This document shows positions 29,409 through 36,873 of a stretch of DNA of 64,000 bases, piece after piece. The translations under genes were made by a program, and so were the position numbers. Position 1 is the stretch's first letter. Every line of letters starts with the position of its first letter. The stretch comes from Alphaproteobacteria bacterium (lineage in GTDB: Bacteria; Pseudomonadota; Alphaproteobacteria; Bin95), in assembly GCA_964291285.2 (NCBI GenBank), contig OZ219787.1, positions 1,184,001-1,248,000 on the forward strand, read 5' to 3'. Below the pieces are notes generated by a model. It was given only the letters and a program-made list of their open reading frames with translations, was not told the origin of the DNA and made no database searches.

Positions 29409-29476
29409 TGTCGCGATGTGTCATGAGATGTCATGTTTTGTCATGAGGCCTGCCGGAAATGTCATGTTTTGTCATG
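29409..29476. repeat. Phased TGTCATG heptamer array
   Basis: TGTCATG at 29419, 29429, 29439, 29460 and 29470, plus a degenerate TGTCGCG at 29409. Confidence 0.85.
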
Positions 29477-29610
29477 GTCCGCCGGCCTCCCCTTTTCGTC
29501 GTCCCGGACTCGATCCAAGGCCCTTTGCGGCAGGGGCGGCGTGCAGGCGTCGAGGTCCCGGCTCTTCGCTCTGCTCCGGCCGGGACGGCGATGGTGGGCG
29601 TCTTGCTCAT
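29431..29610 (-). CDS. Putative 59-aa basic peptide (hypothetical)
   Basis: AAGGAGG 4 nt before ATG 29610, downstream of a near-consensus promoter; no recognisable domain. Confidence 0.3.
   Translation of the reverse strand: MSKTPTIAVPAGAERRAGTSTPARRPCRKGPWIESGTTKRGGRRTMTKHDISGRPHDKT
29496..29591. repeat. REP-like nested palindromic element
   Basis: TCGTCGTCCCGG (29496) and CCGGGACGGCGA (ending 29591) are near-complementary; internal GTCCCGGC/GCCGGGAC hairpin. Confidence 0.55.
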
Positions 29611-29829
29611 CGATCCTCCTTGATCCTTTCCACTCCTCCCGCCGCCGTCCTGCTTGCGGCGGGTCCCTGTTTCGCGCGTATCGCGTACGGGCGCGGGCGC
29701 GTGTCGGCGCCGGCGCGGTTCGCGCGCCTGATTGCGCGCGCGAGGCGGCGGACGCACTTCGCCCGTCGGTTCCGCACCGGATTTTCGAAACTGGGGAAAG
29801 CGGCCCCGGAAGCCCCTTCCCTCGATGAC

Positions 29830-29857
29830 AGATTACCATACTTTATCTCGATGTCAA
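29830..29857 (-). promoter_or_regulatory. Near-consensus sigma70 promoter facing yejF (antisense)
   Basis: Minus strand TTGACA-N16-TAATCT with an extended TG, inside an AT-rich patch. Confidence 0.6.
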
Positions 29858-29986
29858 ATTTTTTTGGGGAAAAATATCCACAATATTGAACAAATCAGGC
29901 TATCGATCTGTGGAAAACCATCCATGAGGGCGTCCGGCTTTCGGAGTATGCGGCCTCAGCCACTGCGGCCGCCGTGCGTGTAGCCG

Positions 29987-30234
29987 CGGATGGCGGGCTG
30001 CTATCCGCACGAGTTCTCCGGCGGCCCGCGTCAGTGCATCGCCTGTCTGTTCATCAATCGCGACCTCAAGGTCGTGCGCGCGCTGGCCGAGGAGTTGATC
30101 GTGATGCGCGAGGGCCGGGTGGTGGAGCAGGGTCCGGCCCGCACCGTCTTCGAGGCCCCCCGCGACGACTACACCAGGGCCCTCCTCGCCGCCGCCTTCG
30201 ACCTTGAAGCGCGCGAGCCGGGATAGGGCGGCGC
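29987..30234 (+). pseudogene. Diverged duplicate of the yejF 3' end with a 129-bp internal deletion
   Basis: Aligns by eye to 28985-29040 and 29170-29361; lacks the Walker B/DEPT segment. Confidence 0.9.
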
Positions 30235-30279
30235 ATCTGCAAGGACGCCGCTACACTTCTCGAAGACTTCTGGGGCCAA

Positions 30280-30434
30280 GCAAGTCGAACCTGTCGCGCA
30301 CCCTCAAGACGATGTCGCGCTACGGCCTGGTGGAGTTGGCGGCGGGACGGCGCGGCGCGCTCGTCCCGCGTGTGCCCTACGACCGGGTGAGTCTGGACCT
30401 GCCGCTGACGACCTCGCCGCGCGAGGCTGCATAA
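30280..30434 (+). pseudogene. C-terminal fragment of an HTH regulator (COG4190-like)
   Basis: KSNLSRTLKTMSRYGLVEL...GALVPRVPYD resembles a recognition helix plus wing; no N-terminus or start visible. Confidence 0.6.
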
Positions 30435-30466
30435 GGCGGTCCGTTGCGGCGCGAGTTGTTCGGCCG

Positions 30467-31168
30467 TCAATGCTCTTCGTCGCGGCGGACTTTCGACAGG
30501 GCGGAGGAAATAAGCCCGGCCGGAACCGCCACGATGCCAAGACCGCACATCAGGATTACGAATGTGAATGCCTTGCCGCCTGCCGTTACGGGATAAACGT
30601 CGCCGTAACCGACAGTCGTGAGAGTGGCAACGGCCCACCAGATACTGTGAAAGATCGACCGGAACGCTTCCGGCTGCGCCTCATGCTCGAAGTGGTATAT
30701 CCCGGCGGCCGAGATATACAGCAGCACTGCCGTCGCCATGAAGAATATGACGGCTTCTTCCCGAACTTCCGTAAGAGCCTTACCGAAGCGTTCCATCGTC
30801 CTGCTGTAGCGGGCCAGTTTCAGGATACGGAAAATGCGAAGAAGACGGAATGCCCGAAGTGCGTAAAGGTCTATGCCGAGCAGGAGATAGAACGGTGCGA
30901 TTGCGATCAGGTCTATAATGCCGTAGAAGCTGAAAATATATCTCCATTTGTTCGGTGCCGTAACGATACGAAGGCCGTATTCCACGGTGAACAATACGGT
31001 AATTCCAATTTCCAGTGAGAAAAAGACATGTTTGAGGCGAGGTGATAAATCCGGCAATGTTTCGACCGACAGGGAAACAATCGAAATCGCAATAAGGACA
31101 AGCACCGCAATGTCGAAAATCCTGCCGGGAGCGGTATCGGACTCTTGCACGATTTTTCTCAGGTTCAT
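30467..31168 (-). CDS. Potassium channel / ion transporter (6TM, voltage-gated type)
   Basis: Selectivity filter TLTTVGYGDVYP, S4-like LRAFRLLRIFRILKLARY; visibly AT-richer than the flanks. Confidence 0.92.
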   Translation of the reverse strand: MNLRKIVQESDTAPGRIFDIAVLVLIAISIVSLSVETLPDLSPRLKHVFFSLEIGITVLFTVEYGLRIVTAPNKWRYIFSFYGIIDLIAIAPFYLLLGIDLYALRAFRLLRIFRILKLARYSRTMERFGKALTEVREEAVIFFMATAVLLYISAAGIYHFEHEAQPEAFRSIFHSIWWAVATLTTVGYGDVYPVTAGGKAFTFVILMCGLGIVAVPAGLISSALSKVRRDEEH

Positions 31169-31282
31169 TGCTCGTCTCCGTCCGGTTTGAAGAGACAGGG
31201 TGTCCAGAAAGGGCGGCGTCCCGACAGCCGGGCCCTCGGGCGTGACCGGATGCCTGTCCGGCCGGGCGGCGGCGGGATCCGG

Positions 31283-32083
31283 CTACTGCGCCACGCCCAC
31301 CGCGACATCGGCGGCGAGGGATTCCGTGCTCTCGCCGTGAATGTGGCCGCGGATGGGGGCGGCGTCGAAGGCGTCGAGGCCGGAGCCGAGGCGCACATAG
31401 GCGTCGGTCGGGCTCTGGCGGTGGGTCGGGTCGAAGCCGACCCAGCCGAGCCCCTGCACCCAGGCCTCGGCCCAGGCGTGGGTTTCGCCGAGCGGGGCTT
31501 CGGGGTCGTGCAGATAGCCGACGACATAGCGCGCCGGAATTTCGAGGAAGCGGCAGGCGGCGGCGAAGAGATGCGCCTGGTCCTGGCAGACGCCGGCGCC
31601 GCGCTCCAGCGCCCCGGCGGCGGACACATCGCTGTCCGTTGCGCCCGGGCGGTATTCGACCGCGTCGGCGACGGCCTCGTTCAGGTTGTGCAGCATCGGC
31701 AGCAGGCCGTCGCTCGCGTCCGCCACCCCGCGGGCGAACCCGGCAATGCCGCCCTCCGGCTCGGTCAGCGGCGAGTAGCGCAGAAACACCGCCGGGCGGT
31801 GCGGCGGCCAGCGGCCGAGCATGCCGGCCCTGTCCTCGGTCTCGACCGTGCCCTCGACCGAGACCTCGACACGCTCCGGCCGCTCGGGCGCCCGCCAGAG
31901 CGCCTCCCTGTCGCCGAAGGAGTTGGTCAGAAGCGGCGCGATCTCGGCCCCGTTCACCCGCACCGACCAGGCCTCGACGCGTTGCATGGCGCAATCGACC
32001 GCAAACAGCCTGAGCCTGAGCGCCAGCTGCGCGGGCGGCGGGTCGTAGCTGTAAACCGTGTCGTGGCGGATGGAGAGGCGCAT
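31283..32083 (-). CDS. Transglutaminase-like protein
   Basis: MRLSIRHDTVYSY, GVCQDQAH, HAWAE, GWVGFDPT. Confidence 0.92.
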   Translation of the reverse strand: MRLSIRHDTVYSYDPPPAQLALRLRLFAVDCAMQRVEAWSVRVNGAEIAPLLTNSFGDREALWRAPERPERVEVSVEGTVETEDRAGMLGRWPPHRPAVFLRYSPLTEPEGGIAGFARGVADASDGLLPMLHNLNEAVADAVEYRPGATDSDVSAAGALERGAGVCQDQAHLFAAACRFLEIPARYVVGYLHDPEAPLGETHAWAEAWVQGLGWVGFDPTHRQSPTDAYVRLGSGLDAFDAAPIRGHIHGESTESLAADVAVGVAQ

Positions 32084-32093
32084 CGCCGGCCCT

Positions 32094-33023
32094 TCAGAAA
32101 TGGTAGGCGCGGGAAAGCTCGCCGGAGAGGCGGGCATTCAGCCGGAGCGCCTCCAGCAGGAACTCGTGCAGCCCCTCGTCGAAAATGTCCTCCATCTCCC
32201 GGTCCTGCAATTGGCGAACGGCCTTTTCGACAGTGGCATGGCAATCGTGGCGCGCGCCGTAGCGGTTCGCCAGGCGGATGAGCGCCGCGCGGAGGCCGCC
32301 GTAGCAGAAGGCGAGCGAGCAGGGGAACTCGGCGTTCAGGATCATGAAGTGGGCGATCTTCGACGGGTCGAAATCGCCGCGATAGACATAGTGGAAGGCG
32401 CGGACGGCCGATGTGGCGTGCAGGAGGCTGATCCAGCGGTAGCGGTCCCGGTTGTCGAGCAGCAGGCCGGTTTCCGGAAGCAGCACGAAATATTTGGCGT
32501 CGAGGAGTCTGAGCGTCATGTCGGCGCGTTCGAGGAAGGCGCCGGCGGAGAGGAAGTCGTAGCGCTCGCCGCGCAGCATGGTCGTCTGCGCCGCGCCCCG
32601 GAAGAGCGCCGAGAGGCTCCTGATGCGGTCGAGCGTGGCCGGCAGGTCCCGCCGGACGGTCTCCGCCTCGACGCCGCCGAGCCACCGCCAGCCTTCGTTC
32701 AGCCCCTCCCACATGTCGGCAGTGAGCGCGGTGCGCACGGCGCGGGCATTGTTCCTGGCGCGGTCGAGGCAGGCGCGGATCGAGGAGGGGTTGTCCTCGT
32801 CGAGAATGAGGCTCCGGCAGACTTCGGCCTCGCCGACCCGGTCATCGGGCCCGAACGCAGCACCGGCGCCGGCCGCGGCCACGACCGAGCGCCATTCCTC
32901 GTGCCCGTAAGCGCCGGGCAGCATCGCCATGCGCCGGCCCATCTCGATCAGCCGCGCGGTCGCCTCAGCGCGCTCGATATAGCGCGCCATCCAGAAGAGG
33001 CTTTCCGCCGTCCGGCTCAGCAT
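32094..33023 (-). CDS. Alpha-E domain protein (DUF403)
   Basis: MLSRTAESLFWMARYIERAE, second ER motif LERADMTLR. Confidence 0.92.
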   Translation of the reverse strand: MLSRTAESLFWMARYIERAEATARLIEMGRRMAMLPGAYGHEEWRSVVAAAGAGAAFGPDDRVGEAEVCRSLILDEDNPSSIRACLDRARNNARAVRTALTADMWEGLNEGWRWLGGVEAETVRRDLPATLDRIRSLSALFRGAAQTTMLRGERYDFLSAGAFLERADMTLRLLDAKYFVLLPETGLLLDNRDRYRWISLLHATSAVRAFHYVYRGDFDPSKIAHFMILNAEFPCSLAFCYGGLRAALIRLANRYGARHDCHATVEKAVRQLQDREMEDIFDEGLHEFLLEALRLNARLSGELSRAYHF

Positions 33024-33094
33024 GGATACGGTCCTGTCAAACTCCGGACACAATATAGGCGGGTTTCGTCCGGCCTGTCCCGATCGGCACAGCG

Positions 33095-34501
33095 CTATTC
33101 CGCCAGCACCCAGGTGTCCTTGACGCCGCCTCCCTGGCTGGAATTGACGACCAGCGAGCCCTCGCGGAGCGCGACGCGGGTGAGGCCGCCGGGGACGAGG
33201 CGGATGGTGCGGCCGATCAGGCAATAGGGCCGGAAATCGACATGGCGTCCGGCAACGCCCGCCTCGGCAAGCGAGGGTGAGGAAGAGAGCTCAAGCGTCG
33301 GCTGGGCGATGTAGCCCTCCGGGTCGCGGCGGATCTTCTCCGCGAACGCCGCCCGCTCGGCAGCGGTCGAATGCGGCCCGATCAGCATGCCGTAGCCGCC
33401 CGAGCCGTGGACTTCCTTCACCACCAGCTCGTCCAGCCGCTCCAGCACATATGCGCGTTCCTCGTCATTCGAACAGCGCCAGGTCGGCACGTTCTGCAGG
33501 ATCGGCTCCTGGCCGAGATAGAAGCGGATCATTTCCGGCACATAGACATAGACTTCCTTGTCGTCCGCAACGCCGGCGCCGGGCGCCGAGCAGAGCGTCA
33601 CGCCGCCGGCGCGGTAGGCGTCGAACAGGCCGGGGACGCCGAGCATGCTGTCGGGACGGAAGGAGAGCGGGTCGAGAAAGGCGTCGTCGATGCGCCTGTA
33701 AAGCACGTCCACGCGCTCAGGCCCCTGCGTCGTGCGCATCCAGCACAGGCCCTCATCGACGAACAGGTCCTGGGGCTCGACCAGCTCGATGCCCATGAGG
33801 TCGGCGAGGAAGGAATGCTCGTAATAGGCGGAGTTGAACGGCCCCGGCGTCAGCAGCGCGATAGCGGGGTCGCCGTCGCAGGCGGGGGGCGCCACCTCCT
33901 CCAGCGTCCGGCGCAACTCCTCCGGATAGACATCGACCGGCTCGATATTGCCGCCGCGGAACAGCTCCGGGCAGGTCCGCATCATGCATTCCCGGTTTTC
34001 CAGCATGTAGCTGACGCCGGACGGCGTGCGGCAATTGTCCTCCAGCACCTGGAATTCCTGCTCTCCGGTGCGCACGATGTCGATGCCGACCACATGGGAA
34101 TAGACCCGGCCCGGCGGATCGACGCCGATCATCGCCGGCTCGAAGGCCGCATTCCGGTAAACCAGGCGCTCCGGCACGATCCCGGCGCGCAGGATTTCGC
34201 CGCGGTGATAGACGTCCTGGAGGAAGGCGTTGAGCGCGAGCGCGCGCTGGCGGATGCCGCGCTCCAGCCGGCGCCACTCGGCGGCGGCGAACACGCGCGG
34301 GATGAGGTCGAAGGGGATCAGCCGTTCCGGGTCGCCGCCCTCGCCATAGACGGCGAAGGTGATGCCGATGCGGCGGAATATGGCCTCCGCCTCGGCCGTG
34401 TGCCGGCGCAGCGTGTCGATGCCGCTCGCCTCGATCCATGCGGCGATGTCGCTGTAGGGCGCCCTCACTCCGTCGCCGTCGCCGGTCATCTCGTCGAACA
34501 T
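33095..34501 (-). CDS. Circularly permuted type 2 ATP-grasp protein
   Basis: GITFAVY, IPFDLIPR, VLEDNCRTPSGVSY, VVNSSQGGGVKDTWV. Confidence 0.94.
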   Translation of the reverse strand: MFDEMTGDGDGVRAPYSDIAAWIEASGIDTLRRHTAEAEAIFRRIGITFAVYGEGGDPERLIPFDLIPRVFAAAEWRRLERGIRQRALALNAFLQDVYHRGEILRAGIVPERLVYRNAAFEPAMIGVDPPGRVYSHVVGIDIVRTGEQEFQVLEDNCRTPSGVSYMLENRECMMRTCPELFRGGNIEPVDVYPEELRRTLEEVAPPACDGDPAIALLTPGPFNSAYYEHSFLADLMGIELVEPQDLFVDEGLCWMRTTQGPERVDVLYRRIDDAFLDPLSFRPDSMLGVPGLFDAYRAGGVTLCSAPGAGVADDKEVYVYVPEMIRFYLGQEPILQNVPTWRCSNDEERAYVLERLDELVVKEVHGSGGYGMLIGPHSTAAERAAFAEKIRRDPEGYIAQPTLELSSSPSLAEAGVAGRHVDFRPYCLIGRTIRLVPGGLTRVALREGSLVVNSSQGGGVKDTWVLAE

Positions 34502-34549
34502 GCCGGCTCCTTTCCCGATCCGTGCCCCCGGTCCGGCCGCCGCCTGCCG

Positions 34550-35461
34550 TCAGACGGGATCCCAGTAGAAGACGTCCCCGTCCCGGTCGAGCGGCGAGAA
34601 GGCCGCCTTCAGGGACGGCATCGCGTGTTCGTGGATGGCGGCCGGCGACCAGCCCTCGCCGCGGTGGACGGAGCGCGCCGGGCGGTGCTGGTTGAAGATG
34701 AACTGCTCGTTGCGCCGGGACGCGAAGATCTGCCCCGTCACCCCGCTCGCAAGGTCGGAGAGCAGATAGACCACCATCGGCGCGATCTGCGCGGGCTGCA
34801 GCGTCTTCAGCTTCTCGATCCGCTCCAGCTCCTGCAGCGTGTTGGCGGGAATGGTCTCGATCATGCGGGTCCAGGCGAAGGGCGACATGCAGTTGGAGCG
34901 CACGTTGAAACGCTGCATGTCGAGCGCGATCGACTTCGACAGCCCCACGATCCCCATCTTCGCCGCCGCGTAGTTCGCCTGGCCGAAATTGCCGATCAGC
35001 CCCGAGGTCGAGGTGAAATGCACCATCGCGCCGGACTCCTGCGCCCGGAAATGGTCCGCCGCATTGCGCGCCACGTTGAACGAGCCCTTCAGATGCACCG
35101 AGATCACCGCATCCCAGTCCGCCTCGCTCATCTTGTGGAAGATCACGTCGCGCAGGATGCCCGCCACATTCACGACCCCGTCGATCCGCCCGAAGGTCTC
35201 CACCGCCTGGCCGACCATCCGGCCCGCCGCCTCGTAGTCCGAAACGCTGTCGCCGTTGACGACCGCCTCGCCGCCGGCCTCCCCGATCATCGCCGCGGTC
35301 TCCTGGGCCGGCGTCGCATCCGCCCCCGAACCGCCGACATCGCCGCCGAGGTCGTTCACGACCACCTGCGCGCCTTCTTTGGCCGCCAGAACCGCTACCT
35401 CGCGACCGATGCCGCGGCCCGCCCCCGTCACAAGAACAACCTTGCCTTCCAATACGCCCAT
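34550..35461 (-). CDS. SDR family oxidoreductase (hydroxyacyl-CoA dehydrogenase-like)
   Basis: TGAGRGIG, VVVNDLGG, GNFGQANYAAAK. Confidence 0.92.
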   Translation of the reverse strand: MGVLEGKVVLVTGAGRGIGREVAVLAAKEGAQVVVNDLGGDVGGSGADATPAQETAAMIGEAGGEAVVNGDSVSDYEAAGRMVGQAVETFGRIDGVVNVAGILRDVIFHKMSEADWDAVISVHLKGSFNVARNAADHFRAQESGAMVHFTSTSGLIGNFGQANYAAAKMGIVGLSKSIALDMQRFNVRSNCMSPFAWTRMIETIPANTLQELERIEKLKTLQPAQIAPMVVYLLSDLASGVTGQIFASRRNEQFIFNQHRPARSVHRGEGWSPAAIHEHAMPSLKAAFSPLDRDGDVFYWDPV

Positions 35462-35903
35462 CTAAACCGGCTCCCCAATCTTTGCCGACGCCAGCATAGA
35501 TTGCCGCGCCCGCCTGTGCGAGCGCCGGAAGCCGACGCGCCGCAGTCTCATCCGCAGGCGCCGAAAGCGCAGGCCAAACACTTTTCCGGCCTGCCATTTC
35601 CGGCGTTGACGGCCCCGACCGGGCTTCCGGAACGGGCCGGCGATTTGACGGGTCTGCCCGATACCGGCATAACTCTGAAGCCGGTGCGCCCACCCGGCGG
35701 CCCGGCGGCGCGCCGGGCAAGACATAGCGGCGACAGGTTTGGGGCTGTCACGACTATCGATGCTCCTGCGCCGTGCTGCGACGGCACTCCGCGAGTGCCG
35801 CTGCGGAGGATTCGACAATTCACCCGTCTGGCCGGTGGGAGTTTCTGTATCGGACCGTATCGCCCACAACACAATCGAGGCAGACGGCAGGGAGAGTGCA
35901 AAC

Positions 35904-35912
35904 ATGAAAGAT
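35904..35912 (+). other. Original start (ATG AAA GAT) of the ABC substrate-binding gene, stranded left of the IS66 element
   Basis: GGAGAG RBS, then ATGAAAGAT; removing the IS and one TSD gives MKDILKFQQMVRDG. Confidence 0.85.
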
Positions 35913-35991
35913 GTATCCGTTCGGGTTCCGGGGGATGAGGATTGGGTTATCCGCTTGTCGGCATTTTCACACCGGGGCGACGGTTGTGCTT

Positions 35992-36873
35992 CTACCGATT
36001 GAGGGTGCGTTGCCAGTCTTTTCGCAGTGTGCGGAGCCAGATGTCCTTTTTCGGCTGGTCTCGTTTGTTGTGCCTGTCGTAGCGTCCCCGGCCCTGGGTG
36101 GTCCCGACGCGGGTCCAGCCCGATGCGCGGTATACGGCACCGGTGTAGCGGGGCGTTTCGACGAAGGTCTCGATGAGCACCGGCGTGATGTTGTAGCGCC
36201 CGGTCCAGTCGATGGGCAGGCGGCGGCGCACGATGGCGAGGATGTGCGAGCCGAGGTTGGGGATCTCGATCCAGGGCAGGATCAGGAAGCGCGGGTTGTC
36301 GACGACGAGAGGAAGGTTCTTTTCGCGCAGTTCGGGCGTCCATCCGATGAAGCGGTCGCGCGGGGCGAGCTTCCATGCGGCGGTGGAGAAGCCGAGCATG
36401 GCGACGGGCCAGCCGTTGCGGTCGTGGACGGCATAGCGCATCTGGGCGCCGACCAGTGTCTTGTGTCCGAGATAGTGGTAGCGGGCGATGAACTCGTTCC
36501 AGAGCCTGCCTTCGCGGGTGCTGTGCACGACGGTGCGGAAGTCGAGCGGGCGGACCTCGTCGAGGGTCGTGGGCGCCGGGAACAGCGGCGGTTCGGTGTC
36601 GGGTCCGAACTGGACCGGCCTGGGCCGGTGCTGCCGCCCCCTCGGCGGCGGCAGCTCGATGAGCCCGTCCTTGTGCATGGCGAGCATGGCGACACGGGCC
36701 ATCATGTCCTTCAGTCCGCCGTCGGGCTTGAGCCAGCCGATGCGCCGGCAGAACTCGATCGACAGGGCGCGGCGGGAGAGCGGGGCGGGATCGGCGATCA
36801 GGGCACGCAGCAGCGCCATTTCATCTTCGGTGAAGTCGCGCCCGTAATAGCGACACTCGACCGCGCCGGTCAT
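35992..36873 (-). CDS. DUF4338 (Druantia DruA-like) protein
   Basis: RYYGRDF, LWNEFIARYHYLG, AAWKLAPRDRFIGW, DNPRFLILPW, NLGSHIL, ETFVE...GAVYRASGW..VG.TQGRG; ATGA overlap with the transposase stop. Confidence 0.85.
   Translation of the reverse strand: MTGAVECRYYGRDFTEDEMALLRALIADPAPLSRRALSIEFCRRIGWLKPDGGLKDMMARVAMLAMHKDGLIELPPPRGRQHRPRPVQFGPDTEPPLFPAPTTLDEVRPLDFRTVVHSTREGRLWNEFIARYHYLGHKTLVGAQMRYAVHDRNGWPVAMLGFSTAAWKLAPRDRFIGWTPELREKNLPLVVDNPRFLILPWIEIPNLGSHILAIVRRRLPIDWTGRYNITPVLIETFVETPRYTGAVYRASGWTRVGTTQGRGRYDRHNKRDQPKKDIWLRTLRKDWQRTLNR

Noticed and set aside
29409-29476. Pho box
   Set aside because: PhoB half-sites (CTGTCAT) repeat at 11 bp upstream of phosphate genes; here the period is 10 bp, the leading C is absent, and no target gene is adjacent.
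29820-29930. Chromosomal or plasmid replication origin
   Set aside because: Only two DnaA-like boxes, no rep gene, and none of the usual oriC-flanking genes.
35462-35903. Known riboswitch (TPP, SAM, glycine, cobalamin) upstream of the ABC operon
   Set aside because: I could not find the conserved signature sequences of these classes; kept only as a low-interest structured leader.
35992-36873. Complete Druantia defence system
   Set aside because: Only the DUF4338 gene is present; there is no DruE helicase or other dru gene, and it lies inside IS ends.
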